Shown one piece after another: positions 37,854 to 46,755 of a stretch of 64,000 nucleotides of DNA. The stretch's first letter is position 1; each line of letters starts with the position of its first letter. The translations under genes were made by a program, and so were the position numbers. Below the pieces are notes generated by a model. The model was not told the DNA's origin. It worked only from the letters and a program-made list of their open reading frames with translations, and made no database searches. The stretch is from assembly GCA_013812505.1 (NCBI GenBank), contig JACCTH010000034.1, positions 1,399 to 65,398 on the forward strand, given 5' to 3'. This stretch comes from Acidimicrobiia bacterium (GTDB lineage Bacteria > Actinomycetota > Acidimicrobiia > Spongiisociales > ZC4RG35).

Positions 37854-39404
37854 ATGCGAAACCGAGCGGTCCCGGCCGAGACCGTGCCCGTCATACCCAC
37901 AGAGGTCATCGATGGGGGCGCGATACCCGACAACGACCCGTTGTTCGCCCTTCTCCTGGCTACCGGCGGGCCGGTTGAGGTAGACCGGATCACGATCACT
38001 TCTCCCGCCCTCGACGAGATCCGCCAGCAAGGGATTCAACTGATCGTGCCCCTCATCTCGCAGGGCGAGCTGATTGGGACCTTGAGCCTGAGCCGGCGCC
38101 TCTCTGAACAGCCCTACTCCACCGACGATCGCAAGCTTCTCGCCGGACTAGCGGGGCAGGTTGCCCCGGCCATCCGGGTGGCCCAGCTCGTGCGTCAGCA
38201 AGAAGCTCAGGCGAAAGAACGGGAGCGGATTGAGCAGGAGCTGCGGGTGGCCGCGCTCATCCAACAGACGCTTCTCCCGAAGGAGCTTCCGCAATTGCCA
38301 GGGTGGAACATCGAGGCCTATTACCAGTCGGCTCGAGCCGTTGGCGGCGACTTCTACGACTTCATCCCGCTCACCGAAGGACGTATCGGATTAGTGATCG
38401 GCGACGTCACGGATAAGGGAGTGCCGGCCGCTTTGGTCATGGCCACCACCCGCTCGACTCTGCGCTCGATTGCCACCCAACACGATGACCCGGGGAAGGT
38501 TCTTGCTCTGGCGAACGAGTCGCTCGTGCCCGAGATTCCACCGGCGATGTTCGTGACCTGTCTTTATGGGATCCTGAATCCCGAAACCGGCGACCTCGTG
38601 TTCGCCAACGCGGGCCACAACCTCCCCTATGTTCGTAGCGCGGACGGCGTTCGCGAGCTCCGGGCGCGGGGCATGCCCCTCGGATTGATGCCGGGGATGG
38701 TCTACGAGGTCAACTCAGCCAAGCTGGACCTGGGTGAAACGGTGCTGCTGACGAGCGATGGGATTGTCGAAGCCCATAGCGCCGATGGGGAGATGTTTGG
38801 CTTCGACCGCCTGATGGAGCTGGTTGGCAAGGATCAGGAGGAGGAAGATCTCATCTCACAAGTTCTGGAGGAGTTGCGACGCTTCCGCCCATCCGACCTT
38901 GAGCAAGAAGACGACGTGACGATGGTGGCGATCCGGCGCGCATCCTCCGCCCTCGAGTCAGCGTCGGCCTTTGGCGACGAACCCGGCTTGATCTCGACTT
39001 TCACCTATCCCTCGAGCTCGGGCAATGAGCGCCGAGCGATGGATGAGGTCGCCGATGTGGTTGCCGGACTGGGAATGAACGGCGATCGGCTGGAACGGCT
39101 CAAGACTGCGGTTTCGGAAACGACGATGAACGCCATCGAGCACGGCAACCATGGCGATCCCGCCAAGCTGGTCGGGGTCGACGTCCTCGCCAGCACCAAG
39201 CGAATCCTGGTGCGAATTCGCGACCAGGGCACCGCCCCCGTCCCAGCAGCTCTGATCCCCAACCTCGAGGCGAAGCTGGCGGGCGAGCAAGGACCGCGCG
39301 GCTGGGGGCTCTTCTTGATCGAAAAAATGGTCGACGTCATGCGTACGGCCACCAACGACGGTCACCACACCGTCGAGCTTGAAATGTCGCGAGAAGGAGA
39401 CTGA
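37854..39404 (+). CDS. GAF + PP2C (SpoIIE-type) serine phosphatase fused to RsbW-like HATPase anti-sigma kinase domain
   Basis: The PP2C motifs GGDFYDF and GDVTDKG are present with a downstream Asp. The C-terminal domain has an N-box ETTMNAIEHGN, DQGTA and GWGLFLI (G-boxes). Confidence 0.75.
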   Translation: MRNRAVPAETVPVIPTEVIDGGAIPDNDPLFALLLATGGPVEVDRITITSPALDEIRQQGIQLIVPLISQGELIGTLSLSRRLSEQPYSTDDRKLLAGLAGQVAPAIRVAQLVRQQEAQAKERERIEQELRVAALIQQTLLPKELPQLPGWNIEAYYQSARAVGGDFYDFIPLTEGRIGLVIGDVTDKGVPAALVMATTRSTLRSIATQHDDPGKVLALANESLVPEIPPAMFVTCLYGILNPETGDLVFANAGHNLPYVRSADGVRELRARGMPLGLMPGMVYEVNSAKLDLGETVLLTSDGIVEAHSADGEMFGFDRLMELVGKDQEEEDLISQVLEELRRFRPSDLEQEDDVTMVAIRRASSALESASAFGDEPGLISTFTYPSSSGNERRAMDEVADVVAGLGMNGDRLERLKTAVSETTMNAIEHGNHGDPAKLVGVDVLASTKRILVRIRDQGTAPVPAALIPNLEAKLAGEQGPRGWGLFLIEKMVDVMRTATNDGHHTVELEMSREGD

Positions 39405-39406
39405 CC

Positions 39407-39760
39407 GTGCCAGGTACCAAATTCACTGCGAGCGTCCGCAAGGAAGCGAGCGGATCGATCATCGACCTCGGAGGTGACATCGATCGCTCGGCGGGCGTTG
39501 ACCTCGCCGCGGCGTATGACGATGCCACTGGCTCGGGGAACGGTACCGATCCGGTCGTGCTCAACTTCAGCCAGGTCGACTACATCAACTCGACCGGCAT
39601 CGCGGTGATTGTCACTCTGCTGGCGAAGGCGCGAGCAGAAGGACGACCATTGCGAGCCTACGGGCTGAGCCCACACTACGAGGAGATCTTTCAAATCACT
39701 CGCTTGTCGGACTTCATGTCAATCCACCACAACGAGCCAGAAGCGCTGGCTCTCACGTAA
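39407..39760 (+). CDS. STAS-domain anti-sigma-factor antagonist (RsbV/SpoIIAA-like)
   Basis: The 117 aa protein has the phosphorylatable-Ser region FSQVDYINSTGIAVIV. Confidence 0.75.
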   Translation: MPGTKFTASVRKEASGSIIDLGGDIDRSAGVDLAAAYDDATGSGNGTDPVVLNFSQVDYINSTGIAVIVTLLAKARAEGRPLRAYGLSPHYEEIFQITRLSDFMSIHHNEPEALALT

Positions 39761-39771
39761 GGGAGGGCAAA

Positions 39772-40122
39772 TTGCCAGAATCAAAGATCGCCATGACTGT
39801 GCGGGAGCCCAAGGGGGATGTCCGCATCATCGATATCGCTGGGGAGCTGACCTCCTTCTCGGAGCCGGTGCTCGCCGAGGCTTATGAGGACGCCGACCGG
39901 CCCGGCGTCAAGACGGTCCTCCTCAACTTCAGCGACCTCGACTACATGAATTCAGGAGGGATCGGCCTGCTAGTCACCACGTTGATCAGGGCACAGCGCA
40001 AAAGCCAGGCGCTCGGTGCCTTCGGGCTGACCGATCACTATCGCCAGATCTTCGAACTGACTCGGCTCGACGAGGCAATCGGGATTTACGACGACGAGCA
40101 ATCTGCTCTGAAAGGGAGTTGA
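39772..40122 (+). CDS. STAS-domain anti-sigma-factor antagonist (second paralog)
   Basis: The 116 aa protein has FSDLDYMNSGGIGLLV and is 50 to 60% similar to the preceding gene. Confidence 0.75.
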   Translation: MPESKIAMTVREPKGDVRIIDIAGELTSFSEPVLAEAYEDADRPGVKTVLLNFSDLDYMNSGGIGLLVTTLIRAQRKSQALGAFGLTDHYRQIFELTRLDEAIGIYDDEQSALKGS

Positions 40123-40826
40123 GCACGATGGTTTCCAAAGACGACAAGGCCAATTGGTCGCCCCCCAAACCGCATCTTGAAGTCGGTTCCGCACCAGAGG
40201 GCGTCAATGCCAAGCGGGTGCAGGGCCGGCGGCTGACCGGGCCCCAACAAGGCTTTGGCCAGCTTTGGCAGAAGACCTACAAGGTGGCGATCTCCCAGAA
40301 GACCCCCGAGCAGGTAATCGCCACCTGGAAAGCCGAGTATGGGCGATTCTGGCCCTCGCATTCCAAGTTTTATGCCCCGGTGACCGGCATTCAGCCCGGC
40401 GAGGTTGGCCTCATCAAGTCCACCTCCGGGCCGGTGCCTTTGTCTACTGGCGTACTGGTGCTCTATTCCGACGACGTTTCCTTTTGCTACATGACCCCAG
40501 AAGGCCACCCGTTCGCGGGTTTCATCACCTTTAGCTCGCACGTCGAGGACCCTGTGGGCACCATGGCCCAGGTTCAATTGCTGATCCGCGCCAACGACCC
40601 CGCCTATGAGGCTGGGATGATGCTTTTCGGCAGCAAGGCCGAGGACCGGATGTGGGAGCACACCCTTCGTTCCTTGGCCGATTACCTCGGCTCCAGCTCC
40701 CCTGTCGACACCAAAGTGGTCCGCGTCGATCAGAAGCGCATCTGGAAGAACTTCAACAACCTGAAGTACAACGGAGCGTTGCCTTGGGCGCGGCGATCGA
40801 AAGGCCCGGCTACCCCGCCAAGATGA
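40119..40826 (+). CDS. hypothetical protein (235 aa) in the same operon as the PP2C-kinase and STAS genes
   Basis: It is translationally coupled (ATGA overlap) to the second STAS gene. No family assignment is possible from sequence alone. Confidence 0.5.
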   Translation: MSTMVSKDDKANWSPPKPHLEVGSAPEGVNAKRVQGRRLTGPQQGFGQLWQKTYKVAISQKTPEQVIATWKAEYGRFWPSHSKFYAPVTGIQPGEVGLIKSTSGPVPLSTGVLVLYSDDVSFCYMTPEGHPFAGFITFSSHVEDPVGTMAQVQLLIRANDPAYEAGMMLFGSKAEDRMWEHTLRSLADYLGSSSPVDTKVVRVDQKRIWKNFNNLKYNGALPWARRSKGPATPPR

Positions 40827-42113
40827 AGAGCCCGAGCCCGGTGAGCAAGACCATCAGCGTCAACATCGCGTACTGAGACCGGACGGCGCCAAGCCCTCTC
40901 CAGTCAGATAGGGCGCGATCGTGGGCCAGGATCACCCCGGCGACGTGGCCGGCGACGATGGTGGCTACTTGCAGGTACCAGACCGGGATCGCGCCGAGGA
41001 AGAAATCGATCTTGTAGTCGCGGCCCCCACCCAGGTTCCAACCGAGGCCGAAGGGGTCGGCGCCGGCGCTGACGATGCTCTGGCCCTCGAAGATGACCGG
41101 CGTGAAATAGTGGGCAAAGGCATAGGCGGCGGCGATGGGCACCAAGGTGTGGGCAAAACGGGTGGCGACTGAGCCTGCAGTGATTTTCGGATCGCGCCCC
41201 AGCCGGGCGGCCGCCGCGCAAGCCAGGTAATAGGCACCCCGATCACGGCACAAGTCAGGGGTAGGAGCAAAGTCTTCCCACCGACGCTCATCCCCAGATC
41301 ACCGGTGAGGGCCTCGTACCAGGTGGTGTTGGAGATGCCGTCGAAGGTCACGGTGCCGATCATCGCGATCAGAAAAGGCGCCAGCCCATTCCACTCGGGA
41401 ATCACCGGCAGGCTCCGTAGCCAACCCCGATACGCGAGCCGGCCCTCGTTGGTACGACCCCACGGGCTGATCGACGAGAGCAGGCGGTTGTATGTGGTGA
41501 AGATGTCGAAGGAGGCGAGGCTGGTTTCGCGTCCGTAGCGGGCCATTAGCGCTAGCTGGCCGACCGTGTAGACGAGGGCGGCGATAGCGATCGCGCCAGG
41601 TGTCGAGCCATTCGGGTAGACCAGCTCCAACCAGGCGAAAGCGACGAGACCGATGACTGCGGGCCAAATTCCGACTCGCGGTCGACCCCGTTCCACCTCA
41701 CCGATGCCGAGCCAGCGACCCAACGTGCGCCAAGGGTTGACGGCCGTATAGAGGTTGCCGAGCACGAGTCCGGCAAACGGCACCACCAGCCAAAAATAGA
41801 CCCACAGCAGCACCGGGGCGATGTTGCGGGTGCCGGTGCTCTCTTGGCCGGTGAGAAGGGCGGCGAGCCCGGCGATGACCACTAAACCCAGGCCAAGCAC
41901 TCCCAGCCAACTGAGCCACAAGGTCGGAATCGAGCCGGCGCTTTTTATGTCGTAGATGGGTCCGGTCTGCAGCCGCGGTTTCTTCCACAGGGCGGCCAGG
42001 GCAACAAATGACACGATGAGCACCACCGCCGCTTCGGCGGCAAAGTAGGAGACTGGTACTGGGAGGTCGAGCCGGCCGCCGATGCCATGGGCAATGATCG
42101 GCGCTCGGGTCAA
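40810..42113 (-). pseudogene. polytopic membrane protein split across two frames (frameshift near 41220-41260)
   Basis: ORF 40965..42113 (TTG start, 10+ helices) degenerates into Ser/Arg-rich sequence at its 3' end. ORF 40810..41253 in another frame carries a credible hydrophobic continuation. Confidence 0.5.
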
Positions 42114-42117
42114 GGAG

Positions 42118-42566
42118 TGACCTCGATGTCGACAAGGTGAATCACTGCTTCCTCTAGCTCGACCTCAAAGATCCCGGTACTTTCAGCGGTGAATTCAACC
42201 CGCGCGGTTTCTCCGGGTGTCACCGCAAAATGAAGTCGTACCCGTGGACATGGACTTCGTCAGCGACATCGGCGATGACATCGAAGACCACTTGCTCGCC
42301 AGCTCGCACCGAAAGCGTGTCGAGGCCTTCGGTCTTCTCGCCTCCTTCAACCCGGATCAACGGCACTTCCGCTTGGGTGGTAGTCGTTTCTTCCGAGACC
42401 GTCGTAGTGGTCGCCGCCTCGGTGGTGGTCGTCACAACTGCGGTGGTGGTGGTCGTCACGGACGTGGTAGTCGTCGTGGAATCGGCGGTGGGGCCACACG
42501 CGGACAAAACTGCGAGGACGGCGCCTAAGAGATTCGGAGTTTCACGAGGCCCCCGATCGTAGTTTT
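42118..42566 (-). pseudogene. cupredoxin-like lipoprotein with Thr-rich linker, interrupted by two apparent frameshifts
   Basis: Three frames contribute pieces: a lipoprotein signal (VKLRIS|LGAVLAVLSAC) lacking an in-frame start, then ...EVHVHGYDFILR*, then ...HFAVTPGETARVEFTAESTGIFEVELEE...*. Its stop overlaps the TTG start of the downstream membrane protein. Confidence 0.4.
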
Positions 42567-42609
42567 TTGCCGGATTTTTTAGAACTAATCTCGGCGCAGG
42601 AGGTTTATA

Positions 42610-42690
42610 TGAAGAAGCTGCTTCTGATTCTGTCCATCGCTGGAATCGCCTTCGTGGCCTGGCGTTACTTCTCCAACGAACCCATATAAG
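42610..42690 (+). CDS. 26-aa single-helix hydrophobic peptide (MKKLLLILSIAGIAFVAWRYFSNEPI) with strong RBS
   Basis: A ggagg RBS lies 7 nt upstream of the ATG. The frame ends in TAA immediately before repeat family 2 copy A. It is too short for the ORF track. Confidence 0.4.
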
Positions 42691-42750
42691 ACATCAGCTT
42701 TCAGACGTCAGATTCCGATCTGAAATCTGATGTCTGACGTCTGATGTCTC
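42689..42750. repeat. repeat family 2, copy A (cagacgtcagaYYccgRWYYgaaatctgatgtctga; hairpin-forming, contains TCTGATG heptamer repeats)
   Basis: It is near-identical to the copy at 44091..44157 and is related to the copy at 63721..63766. It supplies the last 17 codons and the stop of the alpha/beta hydrolase gene. Confidence 0.65.
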
Positions 42751-43644
42751 AAGGAAGTCGAGGATTCGGTTCGCGAGCCGGTCCGCGTGGGTCCACGGCA
42801 CTTCGTGGTGGGCGCCTTCGATTTCGTACACGACCGAGTCTCGAATCCGCGCGGCGAGGTCGCGCTGCCAGTTTGTCGGCACCAATTGGTCCTTGGTTGG
42901 GATCACAACCAGCGTTGGAATAGCAAGGCGGCTGAGCCAGGGCCGGGAGTCGAATCGGAGGAGAGCCAGGCTCGCTTCGGCGCCGGCGTCAGGGTCGCGA
43001 CGATGGGTCTCTTCCCATAGCCAGCGTCCGTGGTCGGGAGCGACGGCGCCCACCGCGAGCAGATAACCCGTCCGCACTTCGGGCGTGCCGGTGCCGGTGA
43101 TCCGCTCCCACGCCCGAGCGATTACCGCTCCGGCGATACGAGCCTGTTTCCACCAGAGTGGATGATGAGACATGGTGGCGACGAGAACGAGATGAGAGAC
43201 GAGCTCGGGGTGGCGGTAGGCGACGGCCTGAGCAATGGCCCCACCCATCGAATAGCCAACGACCGTTGCCGGGCCGACTCCAATTTGGCGGAGGATGTCG
43301 GCGGCATCATCGGCTTCATCGGCAATCTCGAACCGGCCTCGTTCGGCGACCGAGAGACCGTGCGAACGGTGGTCGATCATGATCAGGCGCTGGTGCTCGG
43401 CGAGGATCGGCGCCACTTTGTACCACTCCGCCATGGACGATCCGGCCAAGCCATGGATCAGGACTACCGGAGACCCCGAGAGTGGCCCAGCTTCCCGGAT
43501 CGAAAGCTCGCGATCTCCGACGAAGAGAGTACGCGCCGGCACTCGCCACGGATGCTCCTGCGGCTTGCGCCAGCGCGGGGGCAGCACCGGACCGAACAGA
43601 CGCCAGACAATGGCGACGAAAAGTCCTCGCCGCACCCACTTCAT
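42694..43644 (-). CDS. alpha/beta hydrolase
   Basis: An HGLAGS oxyanion region and GYSMGG nucleophile elbow are present, with a C-terminal His in the GAHHEVPW region. The C-terminal tail [18 protein letters not shown] is encoded by the repeat element. Confidence 0.75.
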   Translation of the reverse strand: MKWVRRGLFVAIVWRLFGPVLPPRWRKPQEHPWRVPARTLFVGDRELSIREAGPLSGSPVVLIHGLAGSSMAEWYKVAPILAEHQRLIMIDHRSHGLSVAERGRFEIADEADDAADILRQIGVGPATVVGYSMGGAIAQAVAYRHPELVSHLVLVATMSHHPLWWKQARIAGAVIARAWERITGTGTPEVRTGYLLAVGAVAPDHGRWLWEETHRRDPDAGAEASLALLRFDSRPWLSRLAIPTLVVIPTKDQLVPTNWQRDLAARIRDSVVYEIEGAHHEVPWTHADRLANRILDFLETSDVRHQISDRNLTSES

Positions 43645-44063
43645 GGCAAAGGCCCCACCGCGAAAATGTGGTCCTCAACCGGTTTCCCGTCGATGAGGTG
43701 CTCGGTGATGATCCGCTCCATGATCTCGACCGTTACCCCGCGGTACCACGTTCCTTCCGGATAGACCACGGCGATGGGACCGCTGTCACAGATCCGCAGG
43801 CAATCAACCTTGCTGCGTAGCACCCGTCCGCCGCCGGGTGGCACGGGCTCGGCCTTTTGGTCCGGCTTGCCACCCCATGAAGGAGGACCCGAAGTGAGAT
43901 CGAGCTCTTTGAGCCTTTTCTTCAAGTACCGCCAAACCTCCGAAGTCTCCTCGTAAGGCGCACACTTCGGGTTCTTCTGCTCAGCGCACAGAAACAGATG
44001 CCGCTCAACCCCACCGATGGAAAGAGCGGAAGCGATATACGAGAGCCGTTCTTCGCGGTCCAA
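43641..44063 (-). CDS. thioredoxin-like [2Fe-2S] ferredoxin
   Basis: The HLFLC ... C ... [21 protein letters not shown] pattern with four Cys is typical of NuoE-like/COG3411 ferredoxins. It has a TTG start and its stop overlaps the hydrolase start. Confidence 0.7.
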   Translation of the reverse strand: MDREERLSYIASALSIGGVERHLFLCAEQKNPKCAPYEETSEVWRYLKKRLKELDLTSGPPSWGGKPDQKAEPVPPGGGRVLRSKVDCLRICDSGPIAVVYPEGTWYRGVTVEIMERIITEHLIDGKPVEDHIFAVGPLP

Positions 44064-44090
44064 GTCAAGAGGACGCTAACCCTTCCCAGA

Positions 44091-44157
44091 CTTCAGATAT
44101 CAGACGTCAGACCGGAATCCGAAATCTGATGTCTGATGTCTGATGTCTGATGTCCGG
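44091..44157. repeat. repeat family 2, copy B, with (TGATGTC)x4 tandem heptamer
   Basis: This copy is a direct repeat of copy A, in the same orientation. Together the two copies bracket the 1.37 kb hydrolase-ferredoxin cassette. Confidence 0.65.
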
Positions 44158-44210
44158 AGTCCGACAGCTAGCTGTCGGACTGCTTGTCTCACCCGATTCG
44201 TAGAATCGGG
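44158..44210. promoter_or_regulatory. 24-bp perfect palindrome plus an 8-bp-stem hairpin abutting the uvrB start
   Basis: The palindrome is agtccgacagctagctgtcggact. The hairpin is cccgattc-gta-gaatcggg, located 2 nt before the uvrB GTG start. Confidence 0.4.
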
Positions 44211-44212
44211 TC

Positions 44213-46222
44213 GTGCCCGAGTTTTGTGTCCAATCTGACTTCGCTCCGGCGGGAGACCAGCCCAAGGCCATCGAAATGCTGGCTCGCGGCATCAAGGGCG
44301 GCGACCGGTTCCAGACGCTTCTCGGGATCACCGGCTCGGGGAAGTCCGCCACGATCGCTTGGACGATCGAAGCGGTCCAAAAGCCGACGATCGTCATCGC
44401 CCCCAACAAGGCGCTGGCCGCCCAGTTGGCCAACGAGTTTCGGCAGTTCTTCCCCGAGAACCGAGTGGAGTACTTCGTCTCCTACTACGACTACTACCAG
44501 CCCGAGGCCTACATCCCCCAGACCGACACCTACATCGAGAAAGATGCGACGGTCAACGACGAGATCGATCGGCTGCGCCATTCGGCAACATCGGCCCTGC
44601 TCGTCCGGCGGGACGTGATCATCGTCGCCTCCGTCTCCTGCATCTATGGCTTGGGGTCGCCAGAGCAGTACGAAGGCCAGCTCCTTCGTTTGTTCGCGAA
44701 CGTGGAATACCCGATGCGTGATGCCATCCGGCGGCTGATCGACATCGGTTACGAGCGCAACGAAGTGAACCTGATTCGGGGCAAGTTCCGAGTCAGGGGC
44801 GACACCCTGGAGGTGATGCCGGCTTACGAGGAGTCGGTGATCCGCTTCTCATACTTCGGCGACGAGGTGGAACGAATCCTCCGCATGAACCCAATCACAG
44901 GCGAGGTCGTCGAGGAGATGCCCGAGATCGTTGTCTTCCCGGCATCGCACTATGTCACCGAGCGCGAGCGAATGTTGCGCGCCACCGTCCAGATCGAAGA
45001 GGAATTGGCGCACCGCCTGGCCGAGCTCGAGAGTCGCCAAAAGCTCCTCGAAGCGCAGCGCCTGCGGATGCGAACGGCCTACGACTTGGAGATGATCCGC
45101 GAGGTTGGCTTCTGCAATGGCATCGAGAACTACTCGCGCTTTCTCGATGGCCGCGAGCCCGGTGAAGCCCCCTACACCCTGCTCGACTATTTCCCCGACG
45201 ACTACCTCACGATCATCGACGAGTCGCACGTCACGGTTCCCCAGATTGGGGGACAGTATGAGGGCGACCACAGCCGCAAGTCCATGCTGGTCGAACATGG
45301 CTTTCGTCTCCCGTCAGCGATGGATAATCGACCGCTTCGTTTCGACGAGTGGCTGGAAAAGGCGAATCAAATCGTCTTTCTTTCGGCAACTCCGTCCGAT
45401 TTCGAACTCTCCCGGTCGTCGCAAGTCGTGGAACAGATCGTGCGCCCGACAGGACTGGTCGATCCCGAAGTTGTTGTAAAGCCCACCCGAGGCCAGATCG
45501 ACGATCTCCTGCACGAGATTCGTATCCGAGCGGCCATAGATCAGCGGATCCTGGTGACGACCCTCACGAAGAAGATGGCCGAGGACCTCACCGACTATCT
45601 GCTCGAGATGGGAGTGCGCGCGAGATACCTGCACTCGGAGATCGACACTCTCGAGCGCATCACGATTCTGCGCGACCTCCGACTAGGTGAGTTCGACGTC
45701 CTGGTCGGCATCAACCTCCTCCGGGAAGGGCTCGACCTGCCCGAGGTTTCGCTGGTGGCGATTCTCGATGCCGACAAGGAGGGGTTCCTCCGCTCCAACA
45801 CCTCCCTGATCCAGATCATCGGCCGAGCGGCTCGAAACGTCGACGGGCAGGTGATCATGTATGCCGATCAGGTCACAAGGTCGATGCAGCATGCCCTCAA
45901 CGAGACCAACCGCCGGCGCCGGCTGCAAGAGGAGTACAACCTTGAACGCGGCATCGATCCGCAAACTGTCCGGAAGAAGGTATCCGACATCCTCGACCTC
46001 GTGGCCTCCCAGCCAGCTCCGGGCGACCGCCGAAGAAGAGAGCTCACTTCTCGGGAACCGCTCAATCTGGGTGGCGACGATCTCACCCGATTGATCATGT
46101 CGCTCGAAGACGAGATGCACCAAGCGGCAAAGGAGCTTCGCTTCGAGTACGCCGCCCGTCTCCGCGACGAAGTCAACGACCTGAAGCGCGAGTTGCGTCA
46201 GATCACGCAAGCAGTCGGATAG
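44213..46222 (+). CDS. uvrB: excinuclease ABC subunit B
   Basis: The N-terminus [14 protein letters not shown]...[11 protein letters not shown] matches the E. coli UvrB N-terminus. Helicase motifs and a C-terminal UvrC-interaction helix are present. The start is GTG. Confidence 0.9.
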   Translation: MPEFCVQSDFAPAGDQPKAIEMLARGIKGGDRFQTLLGITGSGKSATIAWTIEAVQKPTIVIAPNKALAAQLANEFRQFFPENRVEYFVSYYDYYQPEAYIPQTDTYIEKDATVNDEIDRLRHSATSALLVRRDVIIVASVSCIYGLGSPEQYEGQLLRLFANVEYPMRDAIRRLIDIGYERNEVNLIRGKFRVRGDTLEVMPAYEESVIRFSYFGDEVERILRMNPITGEVVEEMPEIVVFPASHYVTERERMLRATVQIEEELAHRLAELESRQKLLEAQRLRMRTAYDLEMIREVGFCNGIENYSRFLDGREPGEAPYTLLDYFPDDYLTIIDESHVTVPQIGGQYEGDHSRKSMLVEHGFRLPSAMDNRPLRFDEWLEKANQIVFLSATPSDFELSRSSQVVEQIVRPTGLVDPEVVVKPTRGQIDDLLHEIRIRAAIDQRILVTTLTKKMAEDLTDYLLEMGVRARYLHSEIDTLERITILRDLRLGEFDVLVGINLLREGLDLPEVSLVAILDADKEGFLRSNTSLIQIIGRAARNVDGQVIMYADQVTRSMQHALNETNRRRRLQEEYNLERGIDPQTVRKKVSDILDLVASQPAPGDRRRRELTSREPLNLGGDDLTRLIMSLEDEMHQAAKELRFEYAARLRDEVNDLKRELRQITQAVG

Positions 46223-46258
46223 CTCTCCCCTGGTCACGCTTATCCTTTCCTCTCACTT

Positions 46259-46735
46259 ATGCCTGAAGACACGACCTGGCTCACCAAGGCAGCTTTTGAG
46301 AAGCTGACCGCCGAGCTTGATGACCTAAGAACCAACGGCCGCCGCAGCATGGAAGCGCGGCTTGCCGAAGCCCGCTCGCATGGCGATCTGCGCGAAAACG
46401 GGGATTACGACGCCGCCAAAAACGATCAGGGATTGATGGAAGCGCGCATTCGTCAGCTCGAGTCGATCCTGGCCCATGCCAAGGTGGAGGAGCCGAGCGA
46501 CGACGGCACCGTTCGGATCGGGTCGGTGGTCACTGTCGTCGACTCCGATGGGGATCAGGTCGAGTACTTCGTCGCGACCCCTGAAAACAAGGAGCCGGGC
46601 TTCCTCCTCGCCTCGCCTGCAGGTCCCCTTGGTCATGCGTTGCTTGGCGCACGGGCAGGCGAGACGATCAGCTACAAAGCCCCGGGAGGCACATTCTCCC
46701 TCACGATCAAAAACGTGCGCGCCTTCAGCACCTAG
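46259..46735 (+). CDS. greA: transcription elongation factor GreA
   Basis: There is a coiled-coil N-terminus with an acidic tip (DLRENGDYD) and a C-terminal FKBP-like domain. Confidence 0.85.
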   Translation: MPEDTTWLTKAAFEKLTAELDDLRTNGRRSMEARLAEARSHGDLRENGDYDAAKNDQGLMEARIRQLESILAHAKVEEPSDDGTVRIGSVVTVVDSDGDQVEYFVATPENKEPGFLLASPAGPLGHALLGARAGETISYKAPGGTFSLTIKNVRAFST

Positions 46736-46755
46736 GAGGGACTTAGCCTGACGTT

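Noticed and set aside
42694-44063. Hydrolase-ferredoxin cassette as a toxin-antitoxin or defence module
   Set aside because: Both proteins belong to ordinary metabolic families (alpha/beta hydrolase, NuoE-like ferredoxin). Only the flanking repeats are unusual.
44130-44157. Tandem heptamers (TGATGTC)x4 and the SDM-encoding 9-mers as possible CRISPR arrays
   Set aside because: The units are far too short, and there are no unique spacers and no cas genes.
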